DNA of 64,000 bases from an uncultured bacterium (lineage in GTDB: Bacteria; Acidobacteriota; Thermoanaerobaculia; Multivoradales; JAHZIX01), in the NCBI GenBank assembly GCA_965368975.1, contig CBDUPA010000021.1, positions 50,352 through 114,351 of the forward strand. The letters are read 5' to 3'. Each line of letters begins with the position of its first letter. The first letter of the stretch is position 1. Positions 1 through 9,649 of this stretch are shown here, piece by piece. The notes under the pieces are model-generated. The model was not told where the DNA came from. It did not search any database and was given only the letters and a program-made list of their open reading frames with translations. The position numbers and the translations under genes are program-made.

Positions 1-16
1 AAGACTGAGGGAGCGG

Positions 17-406
17 CTACAAGTACCGCTCCCCCACCACCTCGACGTCGAGCGAAAACTCGTACAGCCGCATTCCACCATACAACGCCCGCACGTTCTC
101 GTACCCCGCCTGTCGCCAAGCCCGCGCCGCTTCCGTCGCGGCACTGCCGTCCTCGTCTATCAGCACCACCTCGACTCCCGGCGTAGGGCTCCAGTGGACG
201 TCCCCCTTCTTGCCCTCCGGCAACGGCTCCGCACCGCGTAGCCGCGTCTCGACTTCACCGGTGCGCATGTCGAACACCTGCAGAGACGCCCCCTTCTTCG
301 CAAAGACACAGCGCAGCTTGTGCAGCAGCGCGGCGGGGGCGATGTGGAGATCTGGGTCGAAGTCAGGGACGTCGAGGTCTCGCGGCGCGTCCACGACTTC
401 GCTCAT
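17..406 (-). CDS. Rhodanese-like domain protein, apparently lacking the catalytic Cys
   Basis: Has VFDMR, VVLIDEDG..A..AA..W and GYENVRALYGGM, typical of the rhodanese fold. Asp occupies the usual active-site Cys position. ATG at 406. Confidence 0.6.
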   Translation of the reverse strand: MSEVVDAPRDLDVPDFDPDLHIAPAALLHKLRCVFAKKGASLQVFDMRTGEVETRLRGAEPLPEGKKGDVHWSPTPGVEVVLIDEDGSAATEAARAWRQAGYENVRALYGGMRLYEFSLDVEVVGERYL

Positions 407-439
407 GGTTCGGCTAGCTACCACCCAAGTAGGGCCAGC

Positions 440-1678
440 TCAGGCTACCTGACCATCGTGCCCCGACCACACCAGGCCCGACACCAGCTTGGGCAGGAAG
501 CGGGTAGCCTTGGCCGGGAGTAGATCGCCCTTGGAGATCGCTTCGCCGAAGTCGAGGGCGCTCATCGGCGGCAGGTAGACACCCCAGGTGAAGGTGCCGT
601 CCGTGACCTGGTTGTAGAGCATGTCCGGGTTGGCGCGGTAAGTAGTGGTGCCGTCGAGGGCGGCTTCGGGGGGCATGCCGAGTTCGGGCAGCAGGTGGAA
701 GTGCAGGTGCGCGACGGCGAGGCGCTCCGACGCCGGGGGGTTGCCAGCGGGCATCTTGGCGGGATCGAGCAGCCACAGCTCAGTACCTTGACCGTACACC
801 TGGACGGCCAGGGCTGGTTGCTCCGCGTTGGCGACAGCGGCCGCGATGTCAGGGCCGCTCGACGCTTCCAGGTGACGGACTTCGCGCGCCAGCGGACGTA
901 GCTTGTCGAGATCCTGCGCGGCGGCGAAGGCGCGGTGGATGGGGTCGATCACCATGTCTTCGTCGCGCATGCTGAACAGGACGGCCATCTTGCAGCCGGC
1001 GGCGGTGCTCTGGCCAGCGTGGCCTTCCTGCTCGGCGTAGGTGCGACCCACCTTGTAGCGATGGTGGCCGTCGGCGATGGCGGCCGTGCAGGGGCCAAGG
1101 AGTTGCTGGTATTGCTGCACGCGCGCCGGCTCATGGACGCGATAGAGACGATGGACGTTGCCGGCATCGTCGGTGTGGGCGACCAGGGGGTCACTCGCCG
1201 TGTCTTCGGAAATCATCGCCGCCATGGAGCCGGGCTCGTCGGCCAGGAACATGACCGGCTCGTAGTCGGTGCGCGTGGCCTTGAGCAGGTTCAGACGATC
1301 GGCGAAGGGCTTGTCGAGCGTCTTCTCGTGCGGCCGGATGACGCCGGAGCTTTCGGGCTCGACACCGACCAGCACGCAGATACCGACGCGCTGGCCTCCG
1401 CCCGCGAGGTCGACGACATACGGGTAGAGCGACGGTTCCTCGTCGCGCTGAACGGTCCCGTCGCCGCGCCACTGCTGGTGTAGGGCAGCACTATGCTGGT
1501 AGACATCGCCCTCGGGGCCGGGCACCGGCTTGGTGAGGTGGGCGAAATGGTGCGGCTGGGTCCGCTGCAGGCGGTCGCGCAGTTGGTCGTCGATCTGATC
1601 GAAGGGCGGTGCGGCCAGGGTCGCAGGATCGTTGCCCTGGGCGCTATAGCGAAGGCCTTGGAAGGCGTGGATGCGCAT
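440..1678 (-). CDS. DUF1015 family protein
   Basis: 412 aa with MRIHAFQGLRY, APPFDQI, IRPHEKT, IADGHHRY and the C-terminal LLPAKATRFLPKLVSGLV signatures. Confidence 0.85.
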   Translation of the reverse strand: MRIHAFQGLRYSAQGNDPATLAAPPFDQIDDQLRDRLQRTQPHHFAHLTKPVPGPEGDVYQHSAALHQQWRGDGTVQRDEEPSLYPYVVDLAGGGQRVGICVLVGVEPESSGVIRPHEKTLDKPFADRLNLLKATRTDYEPVMFLADEPGSMAAMISEDTASDPLVAHTDDAGNVHRLYRVHEPARVQQYQQLLGPCTAAIADGHHRYKVGRTYAEQEGHAGQSTAAGCKMAVLFSMRDEDMVIDPIHRAFAAAQDLDKLRPLAREVRHLEASSGPDIAAAVANAEQPALAVQVYGQGTELWLLDPAKMPAGNPPASERLAVAHLHFHLLPELGMPPEAALDGTTTYRANPDMLYNQVTDGTFTWGVYLPPMSALDFGEAISKGDLLPAKATRFLPKLVSGLVWSGHDGQVA

Positions 1679-1802
1679 GGGATCTCCTCGGTGGGTCGAG
1701 TCAGGTAGGTCTATCTGAGGCGACGCCGTGGAGTGCTGGATGAGCGCCGCGCCCTGATTGTACTCGGGTGTCGATCCGGATTCATCCGAGCGCCAACCAG
1801 AA

Positions 1803-1829
1803 CCCGGCCCCCGAGAGCCGGGAGCCGGG
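1803..1829 (-). terminator. GC-rich hairpin, probable terminator of the cytochrome-porin operon
   Basis: Minus strand CCCGGCTCCC-GGCTCTC-GGGGGCCGGG followed by TTCTGGTT, ~70 nt after the porin stop. Confidence 0.45.
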
Positions 1830-1900
1830 CTGTGGGAAGTGAAGCCCTTCTGAGTGCAGCGCTCGAGAGCGCCGTTCAGAAGCTTGTAGATCTTCGAAAG

Positions 1901-4039
1901 CTAGAAGCTGTAGGCCAGCCCCAAGCTATAGAAGCTGACTTCGCCAGACGTGTCGTAGAGGTACGGCGTGTCGTCCTGGAAGTCGAGATAGCGATACCCG
2001 CCGGTGACGGCCAGCTGCGCGGTGGCCTGATAGCGCAAGCGCAGCGCCAGCTCCAAGCGGGAGAGATCGAGATCGGAGTTGGTGTGGGTCAGGGTGAAGT
2101 CGTAACTCTGGTTGGGGTTGAGCAGAGTGCCGGGGACCTCGAAGTCGAAGGGCGCGAGGGCGGCTTCAGCCTCGGTCCACGCCAGATCCAATCCCAGTTC
2201 GAGTTCGTTCGTGGGCTGCCACTCGAGACCGGTGGCGATCACGCTGTCGTTGGTGTCGTAGTTGAGCAGAGTGCGTGCCGAGCCAGACTGGCCCGAAAGG
2301 ATCGAGCCTGCTCAGCCATCGAAGATGGGGATGAACGATGGATACTTCAGCTCGGTATCGTGCCAGGCATAGGAGCCGTACCACTGCCAGGTCTCCGCCG
2401 GCGCCCACCAGAGAGTCGCAGTGAAGCTCTGGTGCGTGCGCGACCAGTCGGTGAAGTCGAGGTCTTCCGAGCCGTCGTTGTCACCGTCCCACCAGGTGTA
2501 GGAGGCGCTGAAGTTGCTCTTGCCGGTGGCGTACGTGCCCCCCAGCTTGACCTCGTCCCAGCTCTCGGCGGCCGCCGTCGTGTCCGCGACGCGCGCGTCC
2601 TGGAACTCGTAGTATTGCGCCGCAGTCGGTGCGAAGGGGCTGGGAGCAGCACTCGAGACCAGGGTCGAGAAGGCACCGTCGACCGTCGCGAAGGGATGGT
2701 CGACCTGGCCGTGGCGATAGCCCGCGGACAGGCGCAGACCTTGGCGCGGCCTGGCCCACCAGCGCAGCCCCAGGACATTCTCGGTGGTGTCGGTCTCACC
2801 GAGCGCGACCTCGTAGTGATCCCGTCGTAGATCCTCGTACTCCCAGAGCAGCCGCACTCGCCCCGCCTTGCCGGGAAGCTTGGTGGTCAAGTCGAGCTTG
2901 GAGTCGAAGATCTCGCGGTCGAGGGCCGACTGTCGCAGGTAGTCTGGATCGAAGCCGTAGACGTCACGGAAGGTACGACCAGCATGCGGCCCCGCAATGC
3001 CAGGCGGCTCGGCGATGTCGACGAAGATGTCGTCGCTGTCGATCTGCGTGTAGCGGCCACGCCAGCGCAGTTTCCAGCGCTCGTGGAAGGTGTGCACCGC
3101 GTTCACCGCATAGCCATCGTAGTGCGCCGACAACCCCGTGAGTTCGTTCTCGGTCTGCGACCAGACGCCACTGGCATCCAGGGCCAGGCCGCCGGGACGC
3201 GCGAAGCTGAGGGTCAGCTTGGCGATGTCCTTGCTGGTGTCTGGGCGCTGGTGCACCGGCTGCGGACCCTGAGCCGAGTCCCACTGCAGGCGGTTGTCGA
3301 ACACCGGGACGCGCAACTCGGGTTGCAGGGCGTCGTCGAACAGAAGGTCGATATCACGCACACCTTCGCGCAGCTCGCGCCGGACATAGCTGGCGCGCAG
3401 CTGGGTGTGTTGCCAGGCATAGGAAACCTCGACACCGACGTCTTCCGTGCTCTCGTCGAGCGGCCGACTCTGACTGTAGACATGGCAGGAGTCGCAGTGC
3501 GAGATGGTGAGCGCCTGGTATTGCCCTTCGCGTTCCTGGCGACGGTAGAGCAAGGCCAGGGTGAGAGCATCCCAGTCGCGAGGTTGGAACTCGGTGCGAT
3601 GCCGCAGGTCACTGTAGGTGAGCTCGTAGTCGGCAGCCGGATCCAGGTCGGTGTGATGGACGTAGCGGCCGTGATTGGTAGCCGCTTCGAGATTGGACAG
3701 TGGATCGTGACCCAAACGATGGAAGAGCTTCAGGAACTCGGTGCTCGAGCGCAGCTGACGCCCCCCCAAGTCGAACGCCAAGCGGTGCATCTGGTCGTCG
3801 TCGTCGCGCCAGTCGAGGTCGAGATCGAGAAAGCCCGCCTCCAGTGCGCTGGTGAAGCGTAGTTGCAGATCGACACCGCCATCGGTTGTCTCGTATTCAC
3901 TGACCACATCGGGGGAGCCATCGACATCCGCATCCCAGACACCAACTTGCAGCTCACCTTCCTGGGTCTCCTCGGTGAAGCCCACTGCCGGCAGGACGAG
4001 CAGCATGCCCAGCAGCAAAGGGCAGAACAAGCGTTTCAT
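1901..4039 (-). CDS. MtrB/PioB-like outer-membrane beta-barrel with CXXCH; probable selenoprotein (UGA576 read-through), resembling the GSU2204-type family
   Basis: ORFs 2312..4039 and 1901..2242 share a frame. Only TGA 2312-2314 separates them, and the linker reads open (AGSILSGQSGSARTLLNYDTNDSV). Signal peptide, CDSCH motif, and the joined 712-aa product ends in the barrel signal YSLGLAYSF. Confidence 0.8.
2275..2311 (-). promoter_or_regulatory. Candidate bacterial SECIS element
   Basis: Directly 3' of the UGA: stem CGGGCC / GGCUCG with loop AGUCU (G then U in the apical loop) about 22 nt after the UGA. Alternative pairings are possible. Confidence 0.55.
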
Positions 4040-4054
4040 GATCTTCCTCCTCGC

Positions 4055-5008
4055 TTACCAGGTCAGGCCGCGACCCTGGCCGGGAACCGTCTGCGACGGC
4101 AGGTCCGAACCATGGACTCGGGAGTGGCACTGAGTGCAGCTGGTGGTGAAGGCGATGTTCATGCCGCGAGGGCCAAACGGGTTCTCACGCTCAAAACCGC
4201 CGATCTCCACTTCGTCACCTTCGCCGCCGCGATAGCCGGAGTGGAAGTGTGGCTCGTGGCACTGCAGGCACAGCGCCGGTTCGTTCGCCACCAGCAGGTT
4301 GTCCGCCACTGATCCATGCGGATTGTGGCAGCTCGAGCAGTCTTCTTGCACCGGTTCGTGCTCGAAGACGAAGGGGCCTTCTTTGTCCTGGTGGCAGTCG
4401 TAGCACAGGTCGTTACTGCGCAGCGCGGTCCGTAGCTGTCCCTCGCGTGCGTTGTGCACGTCATGGCAGCTGGCGCAGTCCATCTTGCCTTCACGCAATG
4501 GATGGTGCGACGGCAGCCGGAAGCTGGCGACCACGGCGCCATGGCAATCCTGGCAACTGTCGAGTGATGCCACTCTCGTCTCGGCGCGGTGGACCGAGTG
4601 GCAGTCGGTGCAACCCACATCTTCAAGGGCGTGCGTCGAAGCGTGCCACTGGCCCAGCCCTTTGACCTGGTGACACGAGAGGCAGGTCTTGTCGCCCCAG
4701 GTCGTATCACCAAAGCCGCCGATGCTCTCGGGCGTCATCTCATCAATGTGCACCGAGCCCGGGCCATGGCAACCCTCGCAGCCGGTCGCACGGCCTTGCA
4801 CTTCAAAGGGCTGGATGCGCGCATGAATCTGCGCCAAGCCGAGCTGCAGGTCTTCGTGACAGGTTAGGCAGGTTTCGTCGCCGACGTACTCGGCGGGTAT
4901 GCCATCGAGCGAGGCGCTTCCCGCCGGGGAGAGATCGGCAGGATGACGCGCCGCGACGGTCCCGAGTAGCACCAGCGACACTGAGCAGAAGAGCAGTGTG
5001 CCTCTCAC
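4055..5008 (-). CDS. Decaheme c-type cytochrome, MtrA/DmsE family
   Basis: Ten CXXCH motifs (CLTCH, CEGCH, CLSCH, CTDCH, CQDCH, CASCH, CYDCH, CSSCH, CLQCH, CTQCH), GPFVFEHEPV and VHGSD. GTG start at 5008 with GGAGGT RBS and a signal peptide. Confidence 0.93.
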   Translation of the reverse strand: MRGTLLFCSVSLVLLGTVAARHPADLSPAGSASLDGIPAEYVGDETCLTCHEDLQLGLAQIHARIQPFEVQGRATGCEGCHGPGSVHIDEMTPESIGGFGDTTWGDKTCLSCHQVKGLGQWHASTHALEDVGCTDCHSVHRAETRVASLDSCQDCHGAVVASFRLPSHHPLREGKMDCASCHDVHNAREGQLRTALRSNDLCYDCHQDKEGPFVFEHEPVQEDCSSCHNPHGSVADNLLVANEPALCLQCHEPHFHSGYRGGEGDEVEIGGFERENPFGPRGMNIAFTTSCTQCHSRVHGSDLPSQTVPGQGRGLTW

Positions 5009-5190
5009 GGCGGGACCTCCTTCCCTTGCTCCGCAAGTGCGAATCGCGCTCGGGAGCGAATTCATCGTCATCCCGAATTTAGCGCGACAGCGAACTACAG
5101 GCATCCACCGAGAGGAGAGTTAGTCCGCCGTCTGATCGGAGTGGTGGACTGCCCGAAAGGGTAGCAAGAGGCGCTGCGGACTGTACCTTG

Positions 5191-6545
5191 CTACGTCACC
5201 GCGGTCTGCTGCCGGAACTCTCCTCTCCGCCACTCCTCGTCGATCATGACCCGCCGCAGAGCTTCGACCGCATCCCACATGTCGACGTAGCGCAGGTAGA
5301 GCGGTGCCAAGCCGAAGCGCAGGACGTCTGGAGCGCGGAAGTCGCCGATCACGCCTCGGGCGATGAGCGCTTGCACGATGGCGTATCCCTCGGGGTGGCG
5401 CAGGCAGACCTGACTGCCGCGCTGCTGGGCACCTTCAGGGCACGCCAGCTCGAGAGCGAAGTCTGCGCACCGCTCGGCAACGAGCCGCAAGAAGAGATCG
5501 CCCAACCGCATCGACTTGCGGCGCACCGCGTGCAGGTCGACGCCGTCCCAGACATCGAGAGCGGCGTCGAGAGCGGCCAGGCTGAGGATGGGGGGCGTGC
5601 CGCAGACGAAGCGCTGAATGCCGTCGGCGGGACGGTAGTCGAGGTCGAAGGCGAAGGGAGCTTCGTGGCCGAGCCAGCCACTGAGCGGTGAATGGACCCA
5701 CGGCTGCAAGCGCTCGGCGACGTAGAGGAAGGCCGGAGCACCAGGCCCCCCGTTGAGATACTTGTAACCACAGCCGACGGCGAGATCGACGTTGCAGGCG
5801 TCCAGTTCGACGGGCAGTGCACCAGCGCTGTGGGCCAGGTCCCAGAGCATCAAGGCACCCGCATCGTGGACAGCCCGGGTGACGGCTTGCATGTCGTGCT
5901 GGGCCCCGGTCCTGAAGTCGACGTGGGTCAGAGCGACGACCGCGACGGCATCACCATGCTCGCGCAGGGCAGCGCTCAGACCTTCTGCGACAGGCTCGCG
6001 GCTGCACGGGGCGGCGTCGATCACCTGCACGCGGCATCGATCCTCCCCCAGAAGCCTTGCATGATGTAGAGGTCGGAAGGGAAATTGCCGCGTTCGGACA
6101 GGATGAGTGATAGGCCCCCTGGCTTGCCTGCGGCCCCCTTTGGCTTGCCAACAGCCCTCCCCGGCTTGCCAACAGCCCTCCCCGGCTTACCAACAGTAAA
6201 GTCGAGAGCAGCGGCGAGCAGTTTGAACAAATTGGCGGACGTAGAGTCCGCGACCATCACCTGGCCAGGTTTCGCCCCGACGAGCCGGGCGATCTTGTCG
6301 CCGGTACGGCGAGCCAGATCGATCCAGCCATGCTGATTCCAAGAGCGGATGAGATCGTGCCCCCACTCCTGCGTGACCACCTGCTGCAGGCGCTCGGGGA
6401 CCCCGAGCGGCAGGGCGCCGAGGGAGTTGCCGTCGAGGTAGAGAACACCTTCGGGCAAGGAAAACTCGAGGCGCAGGGATGCCAGGGGATCGTCGTGGTC
6501 GAGAGCGGCGCAAGCGTCGCGGCTAGCCAGGGCAGAAGCAGGCAT
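5191..6545 (-). pseudogene. kynU: Kynureninase split by a 1-nt frameshift near 6045-6056 (real lesion or sequencing error)
   Basis: N-half has YLDGNSLGALP, DSTSANLFKL and NFPSDLY. C-half has WDLAHSAGA, GCGYKYLNGGPG and GVIGDFRAPDVLRFG. Adding one base gives IMQG-LLGEDRCRVQVID. Confidence 0.85.
6116..6196. repeat. 21-bp tandem repeat (about 4 units) inside kynU
   Basis: GGCTTGCCAACAGCCCTCCCC units, encoding VGKPGRA-VGKPGRA-VGKPKGA-AGKPGG. Confidence 0.85.
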
Positions 6546-6672
6546 GGGTGATATGGTTACATACTACGAACCGTAGCAAACGGTTCCTCTGAAGCGAGTC
6601 TTGCATTGACGTCTGACGCTTTGATGTCGACTACGTCGAAGCACCCCACCAGCAGGAGGATCTCCCAGCACC

Positions 6673-7011
6673 GTGAGCAAGTATCTGTACGTCCAGCTGT
6701 GGCGAATGAACACCGAGTGGCTGGGCCTGTCGGAGCAAGAGCGACTGGAATTCGTCTACCAGATCGGCATCGTGATCAAGGATCTGATCAAAGAAGGCTC
6801 GGAGCTGGTGGGCTTCAGCCTCAACGATCACGACACACCGGAGCGCATCGAGTACCGCTACATGGCGGTGTGGAAGACGACGAAGGAGAACGTACAGCGC
6901 ATCGACAACGCCTTCAAGGAAGCCGGCTGGAACGAGTACTTCTCTCACGTCAACGCCCGCGGTGAAGTGGTGCAGCCGCAAGAGTTCTTGCGGCACATGA
7001 TCCACATCTAG
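6673..7011 (+). CDS. DUF6616-like small alpha/beta-barrel protein
   Basis: YLYVQLW..EWLGLSEQERLEF and AGWNEYFSHVNARG patterns. AGGAGG RBS upstream. Confidence 0.6.
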   Translation: MSKYLYVQLWRMNTEWLGLSEQERLEFVYQIGIVIKDLIKEGSELVGFSLNDHDTPERIEYRYMAVWKTTKENVQRIDNAFKEAGWNEYFSHVNARGEVVQPQEFLRHMIHI

Positions 7012-7036
7012 CGGATACGGTGGAGGCTGACTCAGG

Positions 7037-9100
7037 ATGACCGCCCTGCCCTTCGAGTCGATTTACCGTCACGGCCTCGTGCGCGCCGCGGTCGCGATTC
7101 CGCGGGTGCGACTCGGGGACCCGTGCGCCAATCTCGACCACACATCGGCGTTGATCGAACGCGCGGCGGCGCAGCACGCAGCGCTGGTGATGTTCCCGGA
7201 GCTGGGGTTGTCGGCGTATTCGCTGGAGGATCTCTTCCACCAGCAAGCCCTGCTCGACGCGAGCGAGCAAGCCCTACGCGATTTGTTGATGGCCAGCCGT
7301 GCGTGGCTGCCGGTGGTGGTGGTCGGTGCGCCACTGCGGCATTGGGGACGCCTCTACAACTGCGCCTTCGTGCTGCACCGTGGCCAGATGCTCGGAGTGG
7401 TCCCCAAGAGCTACCTGCCCAACTACCGAGAATTCTACGAAGGACGTCACTTCACGGCAGGGGTCCGAGCGCCCGAGGAGAACGTACGCTTGTTCGGCCA
7501 GGACGTGCCCTTTGGCAACGACCTGCTGTTCTCCGCCGTCGACCTGCCGCTGTTCTGCCTGCACACCGAAATCTGCGAGGACTTCTGGGTTCCCCTGCCG
7601 CCAAGCACCATGGCGGCGATGGCCGGAGCGACGGTGCTGTGCAACCTGTCGGCGAGCAACATTACGATCGGCAAGGCCAGCTACCGTCACACGCTGTGCG
7701 CCAGCCAGAGCGGGCGCTGCGTCGCGGCCTATCTGTACGCAGCCGCGGGTGCCGGCGAATCGACCACCGACCTGGCCTGGGACGGGCACGCCATGATCTA
7801 CGAGAACGGTGAGCTGTTGGCGGAGTCGGAGCGATTTGGACACGAAGAACAGTTGATCTACGCCGATCTCGACCTGGAGCGCCTCGAGCAGGATCGCCTG
7901 CGCCTGACCAGTTTCCACGACTGCGCCGTCGAGCACGCCGAGGCGGTCAAAAAGCTACGCCGCATCGACTTCGGCTTCGGCCAGCTGCCGACCGACGCCC
8001 GTGGCCTGCGGCGTCCGCAGGAGCGCTTCCCGTATGTGCCCAAGGACACCGCCGAACGCGACGCGCGCTGCTACGAGGCGTACAACATCCAGGTCCATGG
8101 CCTGATACAGCGCTTGCGCGCCACCGGTATCAACAAGCTGGTGATCGGTGTCTCGGGTGGCCTGGACTCGACGCAGGCACTACTCGTGGCGGTGCGCGCC
8201 ATGGACCAGCTCGGTCTACCACGGCGGAACGTGCTGGCCTACACCATGCCGGGCTTCGCCACCTCGGACCGCACCTACGACAACGCCTGGGCGCTGATGC
8301 GAGCACTCGGTGTAAGCGGCGAGGAGGTCGACATCCGCCCGTCGTGCCGCCAGATGCTCGAAGACATCGACCATCCGTTCAGCGATGGCGAGCCGGTCTA
8401 CGACGTCACCTTCGAGAACGTCCAAGCCGGCGAGCGCACGTCGCACCTGTTCCGCCTGGCCAACCACCACGGCGCGCTGGTGCTGGGCACGGGTGACCTG
8501 TCCGAGCTGGCACTGGGCTGGAACACCTACGGCGTCGGCGATCAGATGAGCCACTACAACGTCAACGCATCGGTGCCCAAGACGTTGATCCAGTTTCTGA
8601 TCCGCTGGCTGATCGCGCGCGGCGATTATGGCAACGAGACCAACGTCGTGCTGCAATCGATCCTCGACACCGAGATCTCTCCCGAGCTGGTACCCACCAG
8701 CGACAACGACAAAGCCCAGCAACCCGCCCAGAGCACGCAAGAGGTCATCGGCCCCTACGAGCTGCAGGACTTTCACCTCTACTTCGTCAGCCGCTACGGC
8801 TTCCGTCCCAGCAAGGTCGCCTTCCTCGCCCACCACGCCTGGGGCGACCGCGATCAAGGCGCCTGGCCGCGCGAATTGCCGGACGACGAACGCCGAGAGT
8901 ACGACCTGGCGTCGATCAAGAAGTGGCTGCGCATCTTCCTCGACCGCTTCTTCCGCACCAGCCAGTTCAAGCGGTCGGCGATGCCCAATGGACCCAAGGT
9001 GGGCTCCGGCGGCTCACTCTCCCCGCGCGGTGACTGGCGCGCACCCAGCGATGGGAACTCCGTGGTGTGGCTGGAAGAGTTGGAGAAGAACGTGCCCTGA
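7037..9100 (+). CDS. nadE: Glutamine-dependent NAD+ synthetase
   Basis: Nitrilase domain ([27 protein letters not shown]) plus synthetase domain ([37 protein letters not shown]). Confidence 0.96.
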   Translation: MTALPFESIYRHGLVRAAVAIPRVRLGDPCANLDHTSALIERAAAQHAALVMFPELGLSAYSLEDLFHQQALLDASEQALRDLLMASRAWLPVVVVGAPLRHWGRLYNCAFVLHRGQMLGVVPKSYLPNYREFYEGRHFTAGVRAPEENVRLFGQDVPFGNDLLFSAVDLPLFCLHTEICEDFWVPLPPSTMAAMAGATVLCNLSASNITIGKASYRHTLCASQSGRCVAAYLYAAAGAGESTTDLAWDGHAMIYENGELLAESERFGHEEQLIYADLDLERLEQDRLRLTSFHDCAVEHAEAVKKLRRIDFGFGQLPTDARGLRRPQERFPYVPKDTAERDARCYEAYNIQVHGLIQRLRATGINKLVIGVSGGLDSTQALLVAVRAMDQLGLPRRNVLAYTMPGFATSDRTYDNAWALMRALGVSGEEVDIRPSCRQMLEDIDHPFSDGEPVYDVTFENVQAGERTSHLFRLANHHGALVLGTGDLSELALGWNTYGVGDQMSHYNVNASVPKTLIQFLIRWLIARGDYGNETNVVLQSILDTEISPELVPTSDNDKAQQPAQSTQEVIGPYELQDFHLYFVSRYGFRPSKVAFLAHHAWGDRDQGAWPRELPDDERREYDLASIKKWLRIFLDRFFRTSQFKRSAMPNGPKVGSGGSLSPRGDWRAPSDGNSVVWLEELEKNVP

Positions 9101-9109
9101 ACGCACTAT

Positions 9110-9370
9110 TCAGTCGAGAGGGGCGATCTTTCCCGGAGCTTCCAAATTCTCGGCGTGGTGCCAGGCGTCGAGAAGATCGCGTTGGTGCAGCGAGGCCCAC
9201 TCCGAGACCAGGCCCATCGCCCGCGGCGGCAACTTGCCGGCCAAGACCGCCAGCGAATGAATCTCGATCAGCACCTCGTGCTTGCCGTAGAACGCATGAA
9301 AGTGCGGCGGAGCATGGTCACCGAAGTACATGCGGATGACGATGCCGTAGAAACGGCACAGTTCAGGCAT
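9110..9370 (-). CDS. DUF4160 family protein (putative TA component)
   Basis: MPELCRFYGIVIRMYFGDHAPPHFHAFY and the C-terminal KIAPLD are characteristic. Confidence 0.88.
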   Translation of the reverse strand: MPELCRFYGIVIRMYFGDHAPPHFHAFYGKHEVLIEIHSLAVLAGKLPPRAMGLVSEWASLHQRDLLDAWHHAENLEAPGKIAPLD

Positions 9371-9647
9371 GGATGGCTGGCGGTAGACCACATTCGAACA
9401 GCACATCCGGCTGCATGCGAGTCAGCTGCAAGTAGAGGCTGTCCGCGCACAACTCGACATCGTCTGTCCAGGCGATAGAACCATGATCGCTGACATGAAC
9501 TTGTTCGAAGCAGGAGCGATCGTCCCAGATGCTGAAGACACCCTTCCCGGCGAAGGAACTGAGATCGACTTCTCCCACGATATCGTCCGCGTACCGCAAC
9601 CAAATACGGTAGCCGTCGCGAGCCTCGACTTGGATTGGTCTCACCAT
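9363..9647 (-). CDS. DUF2442 family protein (putative TA component)
   Basis: YRIWLRYADDIVGEVDLS...GVF...F.QV...SIAW.DDVELCADSLY. Overlaps the DUF4160 start. Confidence 0.85.
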   Translation of the reverse strand: MVRPIQVEARDGYRIWLRYADDIVGEVDLSSFAGKGVFSIWDDRSCFEQVHVSDHGSIAWTDDVELCADSLYLQLTRMQPDVLFECGLPPAIHA

Positions 9648-9649
9648 AG

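Noticed and set aside
1901-2242. Independent 113-aa gene
   Set aside because: No RBS or signal peptide; it is the in-frame C-terminus of the porin.
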